Shown in pieces: positions 1-8,682 of a stretch of 44,246 nucleotides of DNA. The translations under genes and the position numbers were made by a program. Within the stretch, counting starts at the first letter, position 1; each line of letters opens with the position of its first letter. The DNA is from a virus (Duplodnaviria > Caudoviricetes), in the IMG/VR virus record IMGVR_UViG_3300037470_000544, positions 1 through 44,246 of that record; one strand, 5' to 3'. Below the pieces are notes generated by a model. It saw only the letters and a program-made list of their open reading frames with translations. It did no database searches and was not told the DNA's origin.

Positions 1-2
1 TG

Positions 3-629
3 CTGCTGGGCCTGGTCGTGGCGCATATCATTGCCCTGCACGAAGTGGGTTCCAACAACCCGGACGGCGTGGAAATCAAGAAAAACAAGGGTCCTGACGG
101 TATTCCATTAGACGGTATTCCTTTCCATCCTTACTACTCGGTGAAGGACATCGTCGGTGTTATCGTGTTCCTGTTCTTCTTCTGTGTCATCGTGTTCTTC
201 ATGCCGGAAGGCGGCGGTTACATGCTGGAGCATGCTAACTTTATTCCCTCCGATCCGTTGAAGACGCCGCAGCACATTGCCCCGGTCTGGTACTTCACTC
301 CGTTCTACGCAATCCTGCGCGCGGTGCCTGAAAAGCTGATGGGTGTTATCGCCATGGGTGGAGCGATTGTTGTGCTGTTCCTGTTACCATGGATTGACCA
401 GTGTAAGGTTAAATCCATTCGCTATCGCTCAGTCATCTACAAAATCAACCTGGCGGCATTTGTTGTTGCCTTCCTGGTTCTCGGCTGGCTGGGTATGGAG
501 CCTGCAACACCTACGCTGACATGGTTGGCACGGATATTCAGTGTGATTTATTTTGGTTTCTTCGTGGTGCTGTATTTCACCTCCAAGAATGAAAAAACCA
601 AGCCAGTTCCTGAGAGGGTTACAAAATGA
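3..629 (+). CDS. petB: Cytochrome b of the bc1 complex, C-terminal part (5' end outside window)
   Basis: ALHEVGSNNP, IPFHPYY and TPQHIAPVWYF motifs; directly upstream of cytochrome c1. Confidence 0.95.
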   Translation: MLGLVVAHIIALHEVGSNNPDGVEIKKNKGPDGIPLDGIPFHPYYSVKDIVGVIVFLFFFCVIVFFMPEGGGYMLEHANFIPSDPLKTPQHIAPVWYFTPFYAILRAVPEKLMGVIAMGGAIVVLFLLPWIDQCKVKSIRYRSVIYKINLAAFVVAFLVLGWLGMEPATPTLTWLARIFSVIYFGFFVVLYFTSKNEKTKPVPERVTK

Positions 630-1381
630 AGAAATTTTTTACTGCATTTTTCCTAGCCTTTCCAGTGTTGGCCATGGCTGCCGGCGGTGGTGCGGATCTG
701 GACCACGCGCCCATCGACCTGAAAGACACCGAGTCGCTGAAACGCGGCGCGGTTTCTTTTGCAAATTACTGCCTGAGCTGTCACAGTGCCGAGTACATGC
801 GTTATAACCGCATTGGTCGCGACCTGGGCATGAGCGATGAAGAAGTCACCGATAAACTGATCGCCACCCGTGATGAAACGGGCGAGAAGGTCAAGGTGGG
901 TTCGTTGATGAAAGTGGCAATGACCGAGGATTATTCCAAACAGGCATTTGGTACCAAGATTCCCGGCCTGACGGTAATTGCCCGCGCCAAGGGTGCCGAT
1001 TACCTGTACACTTACCTACGTACCTTCTACCTGGATGAATCACGTTCTACCGGGGTCAATAACATCGCTTTCCCGGACGTGGGCATGCCCCATGTGTTGT
1101 GGCAACTGCAGGGTTTGCAGAAAGCCAACTTCAGGATCGAGACGGATGCGGACGGTAACGAGCACAAGGTGTTCGAAGCTATGGAAATCGTAGAGCCGGG
1201 CAGCATGAGTGTCGAGGAATATGACGCCTTTGTTGCCGATCTGGTCAACTTCCTGGTGTACATGGGTGAGCCGGTACAGCTGGAGCGCCAGAGCCTGGGC
1301 GTTAAAGTCCTTATATTTCTCTTTATCTTCGCCATTATTGCCTATCTGTTGAAGAAGGAATACTGGAAAGATATACACTAG
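626..1381 (+). CDS. petC: Cytochrome c1
   Basis: Signal peptide, CLSCH heme motif, MPHVL axial Met region, C-terminal TM ending YWKDIH. Confidence 0.95.
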   Translation: MKKFFTAFFLAFPVLAMAAGGGADLDHAPIDLKDTESLKRGAVSFANYCLSCHSAEYMRYNRIGRDLGMSDEEVTDKLIATRDETGEKVKVGSLMKVAMTEDYSKQAFGTKIPGLTVIARAKGADYLYTYLRTFYLDESRSTGVNNIAFPDVGMPHVLWQLQGLQKANFRIETDADGNEHKVFEAMEIVEPGSMSVEEYDAFVADLVNFLVYMGEPVQLERQSLGVKVLIFLFIFAIIAYLLKKEYWKDIH

Positions 1382-1456
1382 GATTCGCTCACAGGATATC
1401 CTGCGCACAGGGAGGTGCGTCTTTGTTTTTAAATTCCACTTAGAGGCAAGTAAATC

Positions 1457-2089
1457 ATGGCGTCAAACGCCCTCGCCAATCGTAGATCGGTAATGAATCT
1501 GTTTTCGGCACCCGAATGTCCCTATTGCCACCGGACACGTATCGTGCTGGCCGAAAAAGATATTACTTTTGAGACCATCGATGTTGATGTGAACAAGCTG
1601 CCGGAAGATCTGTCCGAGCTGAATCCATACAACACCGTTCCAACACTGGTTGACCGTGATCTGGTGCTTTATGACTCTCGAGTGATCGTTGAATACCTGG
1701 ATGAGCGTTTTCCTCATCCGCCGCTAATGCCGGTAGACCCGGTTTCACGGGCCAAGACCCGGTTGGCGTTGCATCGTGTGGAAACCGACTGGTTCCCCTA
1801 CATGCACGATATTCTGCATCGCGGTGAAAAAACAGCCGCCAAATCGCGCAAGATCCTGCGTGAAAGCATTACCGCATCGGCGGAAATTTTCACTGTCATG
1901 CCGTTTTTCCTGAGTCAGGAATTCAGCCTGGTGGACGCCACCATCGCGCCGGTGCTATGGCGCCTGCCGATTCTGGGCATCGATCTCCCCAAGGAGGCCA
2001 AACCGGTACTGGAATACGCTGAGCGTATTTTCAGTCGGCCTACTTTCCAGGAAGCCCTGTCCGAGGTGGAACGGGAAATGCGTCTCTAA
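1457..2089 (+). CDS. sspA: Stringent starvation protein A (GST fold)
   Basis: NPYNTVPTLVDRDLVLYDSRVIVEYLDERFPHPPLMPVDPV; petC-sspA-sspB synteny. Confidence 0.95.
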   Translation: MASNALANRRSVMNLFSAPECPYCHRTRIVLAEKDITFETIDVDVNKLPEDLSELNPYNTVPTLVDRDLVLYDSRVIVEYLDERFPHPPLMPVDPVSRAKTRLALHRVETDWFPYMHDILHRGEKTAAKSRKILRESITASAEIFTVMPFFLSQEFSLVDATIAPVLWRLPILGIDLPKEAKPVLEYAERIFSRPTFQEALSEVEREMRL

Positions 2090-2158
2090 TCATAAGCCGG
2101 ACCCGGGCTGCGACCCGGGTCACTGGTTTGATTTGCCCATTTATGATGAAATACCAGG

Positions 2159-2542
2159 ATGACATCAAGTCGCCCATACCTCATTAGAGCACTGTATCAA
2201 TGGATAGTTGATAATGGTGTTACCCCCTACATCCTGGTGGATGCCGCGGCTGATGGCGTTGCCGTGCCTTCGCAATATATCCAGGACAATAAAATCGTGC
2301 TCAATATCGCCCCGATGGCGGTACGCAGCCTGACCCTGGGTGACGGGGAAATCACCTTCAATGCTCGCTTCAGCGGCAAGTCCACCGACATTTATGTACC
2401 CACCGAGGCGGTGCTGGCGATCTATGCGCGGGAAAACGGCCAGGGCATGATGTTCACCGACGAGCCACACAGCCCTGAGCCGCCGGATGGGGATGATCCG
2501 GACGATTCGCCGGACAAGCCCAAATTGCGGGTGGTGAAGTAG
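2159..2542 (+). CDS. sspB: ClpXP adaptor SspB
   Basis: RPYLIRALYQWIVDN N-terminus, C-terminal ClpX-binding LRVVK. Confidence 0.95.
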   Translation: MTSSRPYLIRALYQWIVDNGVTPYILVDAAADGVAVPSQYIQDNKIVLNIAPMAVRSLTLGDGEITFNARFSGKSTDIYVPTEAVLAIYARENGQGMMFTDEPHSPEPPDGDDPDDSPDKPKLRVVK

Positions 2543-2759
2543 CAATACGGCTCACACCCCACCCCACTGCAGGAATAGCGGCGTTAGAACGACTCATGAG
2601 CCAGGGTAGCAGGGTGTTATACGTATATTTATGAGGCTCCGGTAAACCCGGCAGGAATTTATCTGCTTGCTTTCCAGCTTCATTTTATAACCGTTCAGGC
2701 GCAAAAAAATGCAGGAAACCCTGATAATTGATCGCCTCATCCATGGCCAGGAGCGATCG

Positions 2760-3806
2760 CTAGTCGGATGGTTTTTTACGTTGACGTTTTTCCGCCAGCA
2801 CAGAGCGGTAGAAACGACCCAGGTTGCGGTCCCGCGCTCTTTTCTCCGCCAGCGTTGACTTGTTCAGTGCCTGTTCCCGCATCAGCTTCAGATAACTGGA
2901 CAGGCGTCGCGGTTCCAGTGTTCCCGCATCGATGGCGGCGCGTACCGCGCAACCCGGTTCATCCTCATGTCGACAGTCGGAAAACCTGCATTGCATAGCC
3001 AGTTCGCTGATTTCAGAAAATGTCTGTTCGATGCCATGCTCGCAGTCGGCCAGTTGCAATTCCCTCATGCCCGGGGTGTCCAGTAACAGACCACCGGCCG
3101 GTAGCAGGTGAAGAAAGCGTCCGGTGGTCGTATGCCGTCCTTTTGCATCGTCTTCCCGTATAGGCTGGGTGTGCTGAAGTGTCGAGCCCGCGAGAGTATT
3201 GATTAAGGTGGATTTGCCGACCCCGGAGGAGCCGAGCAGGGCGACAGTGTTGCCAGTGCCGCACCAGGGTTTAAGCTGGCTTACGCTTTCCGGACTAAGG
3301 CCGTTAACACTTACCACAGCTAACAATGGATCGATGGCCTGCACCTGTCGGCAAAATTCATCAGGATTATCACAGCAATCAAGCTTGCTCAGCACCACCA
3401 CCGGTACGACCCCGGCTTCCCTGGCCATGGCCAGGTAACGTTCAATGCGATTGAGATTAAAGTCCTGGTTCAGCGAGCTGACGATGAACACCGTGTCGAT
3501 ATTGGCGGCGATCAGCTGGGTGGAAACCTTACTACCCGCCGCTTTACGGGAAAACAGCGAAAGTCGCTCCAGGGCTCGATGGAAATGCCCGGCCTGATCC
3601 AGCAAAACCCAGTCACCAACCGTCATTGCAGGCATGGCGGGTGTCAGCTGCAAGCTGTGCGTACCGGATGTCGACATAAGCGTTATTGATGAACGCTGGT
3701 GTGTGATCACCCTGGCGATGGTGAACTGCTGCCATTCATCGAGCGTGAGCTGTGATTGAAAGAAGGGCTGCCAGCCAAGTTGTGGAAGAGAATATAAATG
3801 TGTCAT
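2760..3806 (-). CDS. rsgA: Ribosome small subunit-dependent GTPase (RsgA/YjeQ family); probable start 3806 (MTHLYSL)
   Basis: Circularly permuted GTPase motifs SKLD, GSSGVGKS, GRHTT, DTPG; C-terminal CxFxDCxHxxEPGC zinc finger. Confidence 0.88.
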   Translation of the reverse strand: MTHLYSLPQLGWQPFFQSQLTLDEWQQFTIARVITHQRSSITLMSTSGTHSLQLTPAMPAMTVGDWVLLDQAGHFHRALERLSLFSRKAAGSKVSTQLIAANIDTVFIVSSLNQDFNLNRIERYLAMAREAGVVPVVVLSKLDCCDNPDEFCRQVQAIDPLLAVVSVNGLSPESVSQLKPWCGTGNTVALLGSSGVGKSTLINTLAGSTLQHTQPIREDDAKGRHTTTGRFLHLLPAGGLLLDTPGMRELQLADCEHGIEQTFSEISELAMQCRFSDCRHEDEPGCAVRAAIDAGTLEPRRLSSYLKLMREQALNKSTLAEKRARDRNLGRFYRSVLAEKRQRKKPSD

Positions 3807-3901
3807 AGGAACCCTGGGCGCTATGCTGGCGCCAGTAGATTGACTTGTCAGGGCATGGACGTGCCCCGGTTCAGGCACCGGGCAGTTAGTTTATATCAGC
3901 A

Positions 3902-3940
3902 TTAAACGCTGACGGCCCGGAAGTTTGCTACGACAATCAT
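3902..3940 (-). CDS. Putative 12-aa leader peptide MIVVANFRAVSV upstream of rsgA
   Basis: GGAGA RBS at 3946-3950, ATG at 3940, TAA at 3902-3904 inside a hairpin; further hairpins before the rsgA start. Confidence 0.5.
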   Translation of the reverse strand: MIVVANFRAVSV

Positions 3941-4038
3941 ATATTTCTCCAGAGGTGGGTGTGGCTGCTGGATTTGGTGATGTTATCAGCAAGAATTGCG
4001 CTGGACAAGGGTTATGGCGGGGGTTGTAGTTGAGAATG

Positions 4039-4130
4039 CTTTTCTTCGTTTCCGGGTTGGTCTTTGTGGTTTTCGTTATTTCTATTTGCAGGCATCGGGT
4101 TTCACCCGCTGGGGAGTTACTTTTATGTCT
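4039..4130 (+). repeat. Host intergenic repeat, partial copy A
   Basis: TTTGTGGTTTTCG...TCTATTTGCAGGCATCGGGTTTCACC...GAGTTACTTT shared with copy B and with the reverse complement of 44130-44220. Confidence 0.8.
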
Positions 4131-4163
4131 TCCGCAACAAACGGATAATTTGGCTGAGTTTCC

Positions 4164-4193
4164 GTAGGTTGGGGTGACGAAGGAACCCCAACG
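4164..4193 (+). repeat. REP-like palindrome
   Basis: GTAG tetranucleotide followed by GTTGGGGT-gacgaagga-ACCCCAAC hairpin. Confidence 0.55.
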
Positions 4194-4293
4194 CTTTTCG
4201 GTTTTGGCAGGGTGTTTGTGGAGCTTTTTCTTCTTTTCTGGAGTGTTATTTGTGGTTTTCGTGTTTTCTATTTGCAGGCATCGGGTTTCACCT

Positions 4294-4345
4294 CGGCAAC
4301 TGCTCCTGCGTTGCTCTACCTACCTACCTACATCCATGTAGGCGT
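4294..4345 (+). repeat. 52-bp mini-element copy 1
   Basis: CGGCAACTGCTCCTGCGTTGCTCTACCTACCTACCTACATCCATGTAGGCGT; identical at 4516-4567; absent from the equivalent position in copy A and the distal copy. Confidence 0.85.
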
Positions 4346-4515
4346 GCTGGCGAGTCACTTTTTTTCTGTAGCAAAAAAAAGTAACCAAAAAACGCCACAC
4401 CTTTAGTCGATTGCCCTGCGGGTTCCCTCCCATTGTTAACGCAGTTTGGTTTGTGGGTTTTCCTGTAACTTGATTTTTATAGTTTCGCTGCCGGGTCGTT
4501 TTGACTCGCATCCAT

Positions 4516-4567
4516 CGGCAACTGCTCCTGCGTTGCTCTACCTACCTACCTACATCCATGTAGGCGT
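4516..4567 (+). repeat. 52-bp mini-element copy 2
   Basis: Identical to 4294-4345. Confidence 0.85.
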
Positions 4568-4894
4568 GCTCGACAAAACTAAAACCGCCTTCCCTGGCGA
4601 ATTTACCCTACGGTATTCACAATGCTCAGCAATCGACAGAGGGGACCAACAGCAGCGCCAACACACAAACACTTAATAGTGCTGCCACCCCGAAACGAAA
4701 GGAAAAAGCCCTCCCTCTCCCTTCCAGGGAGTACCCGGTGAAGCGGGGCAGGCCCAGGGCTGGGGTGAGGGTGTCAACAAGCGCGCGAAGCGCACCAACT
4801 TTCTTGTGCCTGTCTCCCCCTTTTACAGTTTGCCGAGCATTGTGAATGCAGGAGGGTAAAACCGCCATGGAAGGCGGTTTTAGTTTTGTCGAGC

Positions 4895-4942
4895 ACGCCT
4901 ACATGGATGTAGGTAGGTAGAGCAACGCAGGAGCAGTTGCCG
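4895..4942 (-). repeat. 48-bp mini-element copy 3 (one CTAC unit fewer)
   Basis: Reverse complement of the 52-bp element lacking one CTAC. Confidence 0.85.
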
Positions 4943-5050
4943 ATGGATGCGAGTCAAAACGACCCGGCAGCGGAACTACAGAAGTAACCGTAGGTTACGA
5001 ACTCTCAGAATGCGGGTTAACAATGCTCGGGAACCCGGAGGGCAAACTGT

Positions 5051-5055
5051 CTTGG
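5051..5055 (+). repeat. Left 5-bp target-site duplication CTTGG
   Basis: CTTGG directly before terminal TG at 5056; repeated at 44089-44093. Confidence 0.9.
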
Positions 5056-5140
5056 TGTAGCGCGACGTTTGAATTGAGACACTTACACGTTAGAAATGCG
5101 ACACGATTAAATGCCTATTTGACACAAGAAATGAGATACA
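5056..5140 (+). promoter_or_regulatory. Prophage end (attR-like) with three putative transposase-binding sites
   Basis: GAATTGAGACA 5071-5081, GAAATGCGACA 5093-5103 (22-bp spacing), GAAATGAGATA 5128-5138. Confidence 0.75.
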
Positions 5141-5191
5141 CGGGTATTCAAACCCCTATTAAAGGGGTATCGAATACCCATCGATAGGCAT

Positions 5192-5956
5192 TTAATCCCA
5201 GTTCATTATGATCAGCTCCTTGCGACTCGCCTTCTTGCTGCCACCCCCTACCGTATATGAGATCGGCACGGACTTCATCCTCAGTCCCTGAAAAACTGTG
5301 CGGATTTTCGCACAGTCGTTAATACTGATGACCATATGCCCTTCCACTGCCCTGGCCAACTCGGCCATCTTCTCGTACTCCTGGAGGCCGAAATCCATGC
5401 CGTAGCCGGCTGTGCCATAGTATGGCGGGTCCATGTAGAACAGGGTGTGGGGGCGGTCGTAGCGGGCCACACAGGCCGCCCAATCGAGGTTTTCGACGTT
5501 GACCTGGTTTAGACGCAGGTGGGCCATGCTGAGGTCTTCCTCGACCCGTAGAAGGTTGATGCCTTCGGGGCGGGTGGTGCCGGTGCCGTAGGTCTGTCCG
5601 GACACCTTGCCGCCGAAGGCCAGCTTCTGCAGGTAGAAGAACCGGGCGGCCCGCTGGATGTCGGTGAGGGTTTCGGGGCGTTTGGTTTGCTCCCACTCGA
5701 ACACCTGGCGTGAGGTGACGGCCCACTTGAACTGGCGGACGAACTCCTCGAGGTGGTGCTGCAGCACCCGGTACAGGTTGATCAGGTCGCCGTTGATATC
5801 GTTGAGCACCTCGACCTTGCTTTCCTCCTTTTTAAAGAACAGGGCTGCGGCTCCAGCGAAACACTCCACATAACAGGTGTGCTCGGGGAACAGTGGCAGA
5901 ATCTTGTCTGCCAGGCGGCTTTTGCCGCCCATCCAGGGTATTACCGGTTTTGTCAT
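5192..5956 (-). CDS. DNA adenine methyltransferase (Dam/D12-like) at the mom position
   Basis: PWMGGKS, ECFAGAAA SAM-binding motif, EVLNDIN, catalytic DPPY. Confidence 0.92.
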   Translation of the reverse strand: MTKPVIPWMGGKSRLADKILPLFPEHTCYVECFAGAAALFFKKEESKVEVLNDINGDLINLYRVLQHHLEEFVRQFKWAVTSRQVFEWEQTKRPETLTDIQRAARFFYLQKLAFGGKVSGQTYGTGTTRPEGINLLRVEEDLSMAHLRLNQVNVENLDWAACVARYDRPHTLFYMDPPYYGTAGYGMDFGLQEYEKMAELARAVEGHMVISINDCAKIRTVFQGLRMKSVPISYTVGGGSKKASRKELIIMNWD

Positions 5957-5996
5957 CGTGAGCCTCTTTTGTTGCTTGATTTTGTGCTAGGCTTCA

Positions 5997-6103
5997 CTCG
6001 CTGCGATCGTAGCGGGAAGCCTCGGCTGGCTCACGGTGCTATGTTCACCGTGGTCGGCGGCCGGCCGGGTGTTGGCGCACCGGGCCGGTCGCTTCTTTTT
6101 TTT
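5997..6103 (+). ncRNA. Candidate antisense sRNA in the methylase leader
   Basis: Extended -10 TGcTAGGCT at 5985-5993, three hairpins, the last followed by a T-rich tract; no + strand gene nearby to explain the terminator. Confidence 0.5.
6057..6103 (+). terminator. Intrinsic terminator on the + strand
   Basis: GCGGCCGGCCGGGTG-ttggcg-CACCGGGCCGGTCGC followed by TTCTTTTTTTT. Confidence 0.7.
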
Positions 6104-6127
6104 ACTTATATACCGCCTGCCTTTTAC

Positions 6128-6718
6128 CTAAAACGGCATGACGTATTGCAGGTTGATAACATCTGCACACTTATCGGCTGGGCATGTAATATTTGCGAAT
6201 GGGTATGTCGTTGATAATCTTATATTATTAAATCGGATCGAAATATTCGGTGACAGCAAGTAACCATTGTCAGTTAAAACATCATATCCATTAGCCGCGG
6301 TTATTCCGTATGAAAAAAACATGCTCTTCAAGAACCGCTCTTCTTTGCTAAAACCCAAATAGACCGACGTTTCTTTAAATGAATTATCCAGCACCACTAT
6401 TGTGTAAATATAGCCACTGTGCTCTACCTCTATCCCTAACCCGAAATTTTCATTATTGAGTTCTTCTCTGTGGGTAATTAGTGTTGCATAATCGGCGCTT
6501 GCAACATTACCACCGGCAGATTGACCCGTGACCATCTGGCTTGAAAACGACCCAAAGCTCTCTGTAGTAGAACCATCAACCACCGTGTATACATCATAGC
6601 CCCCGATATGGGCTGAAACGGTTGGCACAATCAGTCTGTACTCTGCCCCGCACGCAACATGAGTCAGTAATAATGCTGATATTTGTAAAATTATTATCAA
6701 CTTCTTAAAGTTCAACAT
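6128..6718 (-). CDS. Exported low-GC accessory protein, possible small outer-membrane beta-barrel (PagP-like pattern)
   Basis: Signal peptide; SAH...NNENFGLGIE...DNSF..SVYLG..GY pattern; terminal Phe; AT-rich. Confidence 0.55.
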   Translation of the reverse strand: MLNFKKLIIILQISALLLTHVACGAEYRLIVPTVSAHIGGYDVYTVVDGSTTESFGSFSSQMVTGQSAGGNVASADYATLITHREELNNENFGLGIEVEHSGYIYTIVVLDNSFKETSVYLGFSKEERFLKSMFFSYGITAANGYDVLTDNGYLLSPNISIRFNNIRLSTTYPFANITCPADKCADVINLQYVMPF

Positions 6719-6793
6719 ACTAAATCCGTTTTAGCTAAGATTTAGATATTATTATATTGCATGCTGCCTGGCTAGCCACTGATCTGTTTCAGA

Positions 6794-8137
6794 TCAGCCG
6801 CAGAGATAAATGCAGGCGATCTGTTTCACCTCATCTGGCGAGCCGAATGACACGCTCTCGCGGGCTTTGGCGACGGTGTGAGCACGAACAATATCATCCT
6901 GCTGTTTCATACCCTTACCACGTATTGACGATGTCACAATCAAGTCACCAGCCGATATGTCTCCACCTTCGCCACAGACGTTAACCTGTCCCTCACCCAC
7001 CGCATTAAATGCGAACCGGTCATATTGTTCTGCCAGATCCATATATTCTCTGGGATCCATTTTTTGAAGTGCGGCCGGGGTATTATAAAAACCTAGCGGC
7101 TGTGAGGGTCCTACTGCTACACCAACCACGGCTTTCTGAACAGGGGCTGAAGACAACTCATTTATAAATATGGTATTTGAAATGTTGTGCCTGTGAGCCA
7201 GTCTTACGTCGACTATGATGTCGCCAGCATCAAATATGGCATTTGCCTCAACCAATCCATCGTGACCGCCTGTAAATGGGCCGTAGTTTATACCAGCGCC
7301 GGAGGCATAAAAATCATAACCCGTATCTTTGTCCGCTGTCCCACGCACCCCAACAGGCGTACTTATAAGGCTTAACGTTATATTGCGTCCATGCACACCG
7401 GCAGATTGCGGACCAGACGTTGAGCCCGTAATAGCATCCGATGTGCCTCCTTCACCAAAAAATTGATCGGCGTTAACAATATTGGCAAACACTTGACCGT
7501 TATGAAGAGTCACTTGCTCGATCTCGACGCCGACATTTTCGCCTGTTTGATCTATTTTCGGCCGGAACCCTGACGCACCGTCCGTGAACTCTAATTTATT
7601 AACGGCATCCTGATTGTGTATATACGACACAACCAGGTTGTTCGCAAACGGCGTCGAATTATTATCAGCCCTCTGAATAGACAGTCGCACTTCGTCCAGT
7701 GTGGCATCGATAGCGCCAGCCGCATCGAACACAACAGTCACCGTTGTGGTATCGACGCTGAAACTGGATGCGACAATTGTACCAAACACATAGCCAGACC
7801 CTATATGGCAGCGCACCCGGCGACCGAAGTGTAACTCGGCGGTTAAATCAGTGGCCACGGAGAACTGGTTACCCGCCACGTATGTGGGTGCGACAGTCTC
7901 GATCCATTGATAATCGATTATTTGCAATTTAATTGCGGCCAGCAGTTGGTCTCGCTCCGTTTTATCCAGCATGATGCCCTGGGCCTCGATGAAACCGCAC
8001 ACTTCTTCTTGCAGGGCATTCGCCCAATCGCGATCCACAATTGTCTGGTTCTGGAAAAAGCCGTCGGGGTTTGGGCCGACCGGCTGGGGAGCGGGAAGAG
8101 CAGCTGCAGCTGTGGCATTGTCGATTCTGTGCGCCAT
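6794..8137 (-). CDS. Tail fibre with Mu gp49-type N-terminus and a probable C-terminal intramolecular chaperone domain
   Basis: HRID...GFF...DWANALQEEV...DQLLAAI N-terminus; C-terminal NAVGEGQVNVCGEGGDISAGDLIVTSSIRGKGMKQ; follows gp48. Confidence 0.8.
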   Translation of the reverse strand: MAHRIDNATAAAALPAPQPVGPNPDGFFQNQTIVDRDWANALQEEVCGFIEAQGIMLDKTERDQLLAAIKLQIIDYQWIETVAPTYVAGNQFSVATDLTAELHFGRRVRCHIGSGYVFGTIVASSFSVDTTTVTVVFDAAGAIDATLDEVRLSIQRADNNSTPFANNLVVSYIHNQDAVNKLEFTDGASGFRPKIDQTGENVGVEIEQVTLHNGQVFANIVNADQFFGEGGTSDAITGSTSGPQSAGVHGRNITLSLISTPVGVRGTADKDTGYDFYASGAGINYGPFTGGHDGLVEANAIFDAGDIIVDVRLAHRHNISNTIFINELSSAPVQKAVVGVAVGPSQPLGFYNTPAALQKMDPREYMDLAEQYDRFAFNAVGEGQVNVCGEGGDISAGDLIVTSSIRGKGMKQQDDIVRAHTVAKARESVSFGSPDEVKQIACIYLCG

Positions 8138-8148
8138 AGTATTACTAC

Positions 8149-8682
8149 CTATATATAGTTAAACGTGACGATAGTATGCGCAGGCTTTAACGCCTGGAAC
8201 ACACATTCGAGTAAATTTGTTGCACTCTGCACCAGCGGATCACCGATCGCGGAGATGTCGACGCGGAAGTAAACGGCGTTGACGTCCTGGGCGGCGGTGA
8301 CCTGCCAGGTGAAGTTGGCGGTCTCTGCGATGGTAATGACGAAACCCAGGCGCAGTGCGAGATCTATGTAATATTGCTGCGACAGGCTGCGCTCGATGGT
8401 GAGCACGCCCATGAGTGCTGAGTGGCGCTGTTGCAGTGTGCCGAGTTCGCCGGTGCATGCACCAGGCAGGCCTGCGACGCGTTCCCAGTCTGGCAGCAGT
8501 TCGACGGCGGTGTTGGGGAAGGCTTCTTCCATGAGTTCGAGCGCGCGAGCATCGATGCGGGCGAGTTCCTCGGCCAGGGCATCGATGAGCCTGGCCAGGT
8601 TGTTTACCACCTGGTGGGACGGCCAGATGCCGCCGGTGGGCATTAGCGCTATCAGCTGTTGCTTGTAGTCGTCTTTTGTCAT
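8149..8682 (-). CDS. Baseplate protein (Mu gp48/YmfQ-like)
   Basis: LMPTGGIW, ELLPDWERVAGLP, LECVFQALKPAHT. Confidence 0.88.
   Translation of the reverse strand: MTKDDYKQQLIALMPTGGIWPSHQVVNNLARLIDALAEELARIDARALELMEEAFPNTAVELLPDWERVAGLPGACTGELGTLQQRHSALMGVLTIERSLSQQYYIDLALRLGFVITIAETANFTWQVTAAQDVNAVYFRVDISAIGDPLVQSATNLLECVFQALKPAHTIVTFNYI

Larger units (their letters stand above)
4218..4635 (+). repeat. Host MITE-like intergenic repeat, copy B (~415 bp), carrying two 52-bp mini-inserts
   Basis: Imperfect reverse complement of 4830-5055 joined to 44094-44225. Confidence 0.8.
4830..5055 (-). repeat. Host repeat copy C, left half (interrupted by the prophage)
   Basis: Imperfect reverse complement of ~4400-4635; continues after the prophage at 44094. 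Confidence 0.8.

Noticed and set aside
4212-4868. Short ORFs in the host repeat region
   Set aside because: They translate the repeats themselves (ATAPALLYLPTYIHVGVL appears twice) and lack RBS support
4294-4942. Repeated 52-mers as a CRISPR array
   Set aside because: Only three copies, mixed orientation, irregular long spacing, embedded in larger repeats, no cas genes
6794-8137. Diversity-generating retroelement or Gin-type fibre switching
   Set aside because: No reverse transcriptase, template repeat, invertase or second fibre cassette seen
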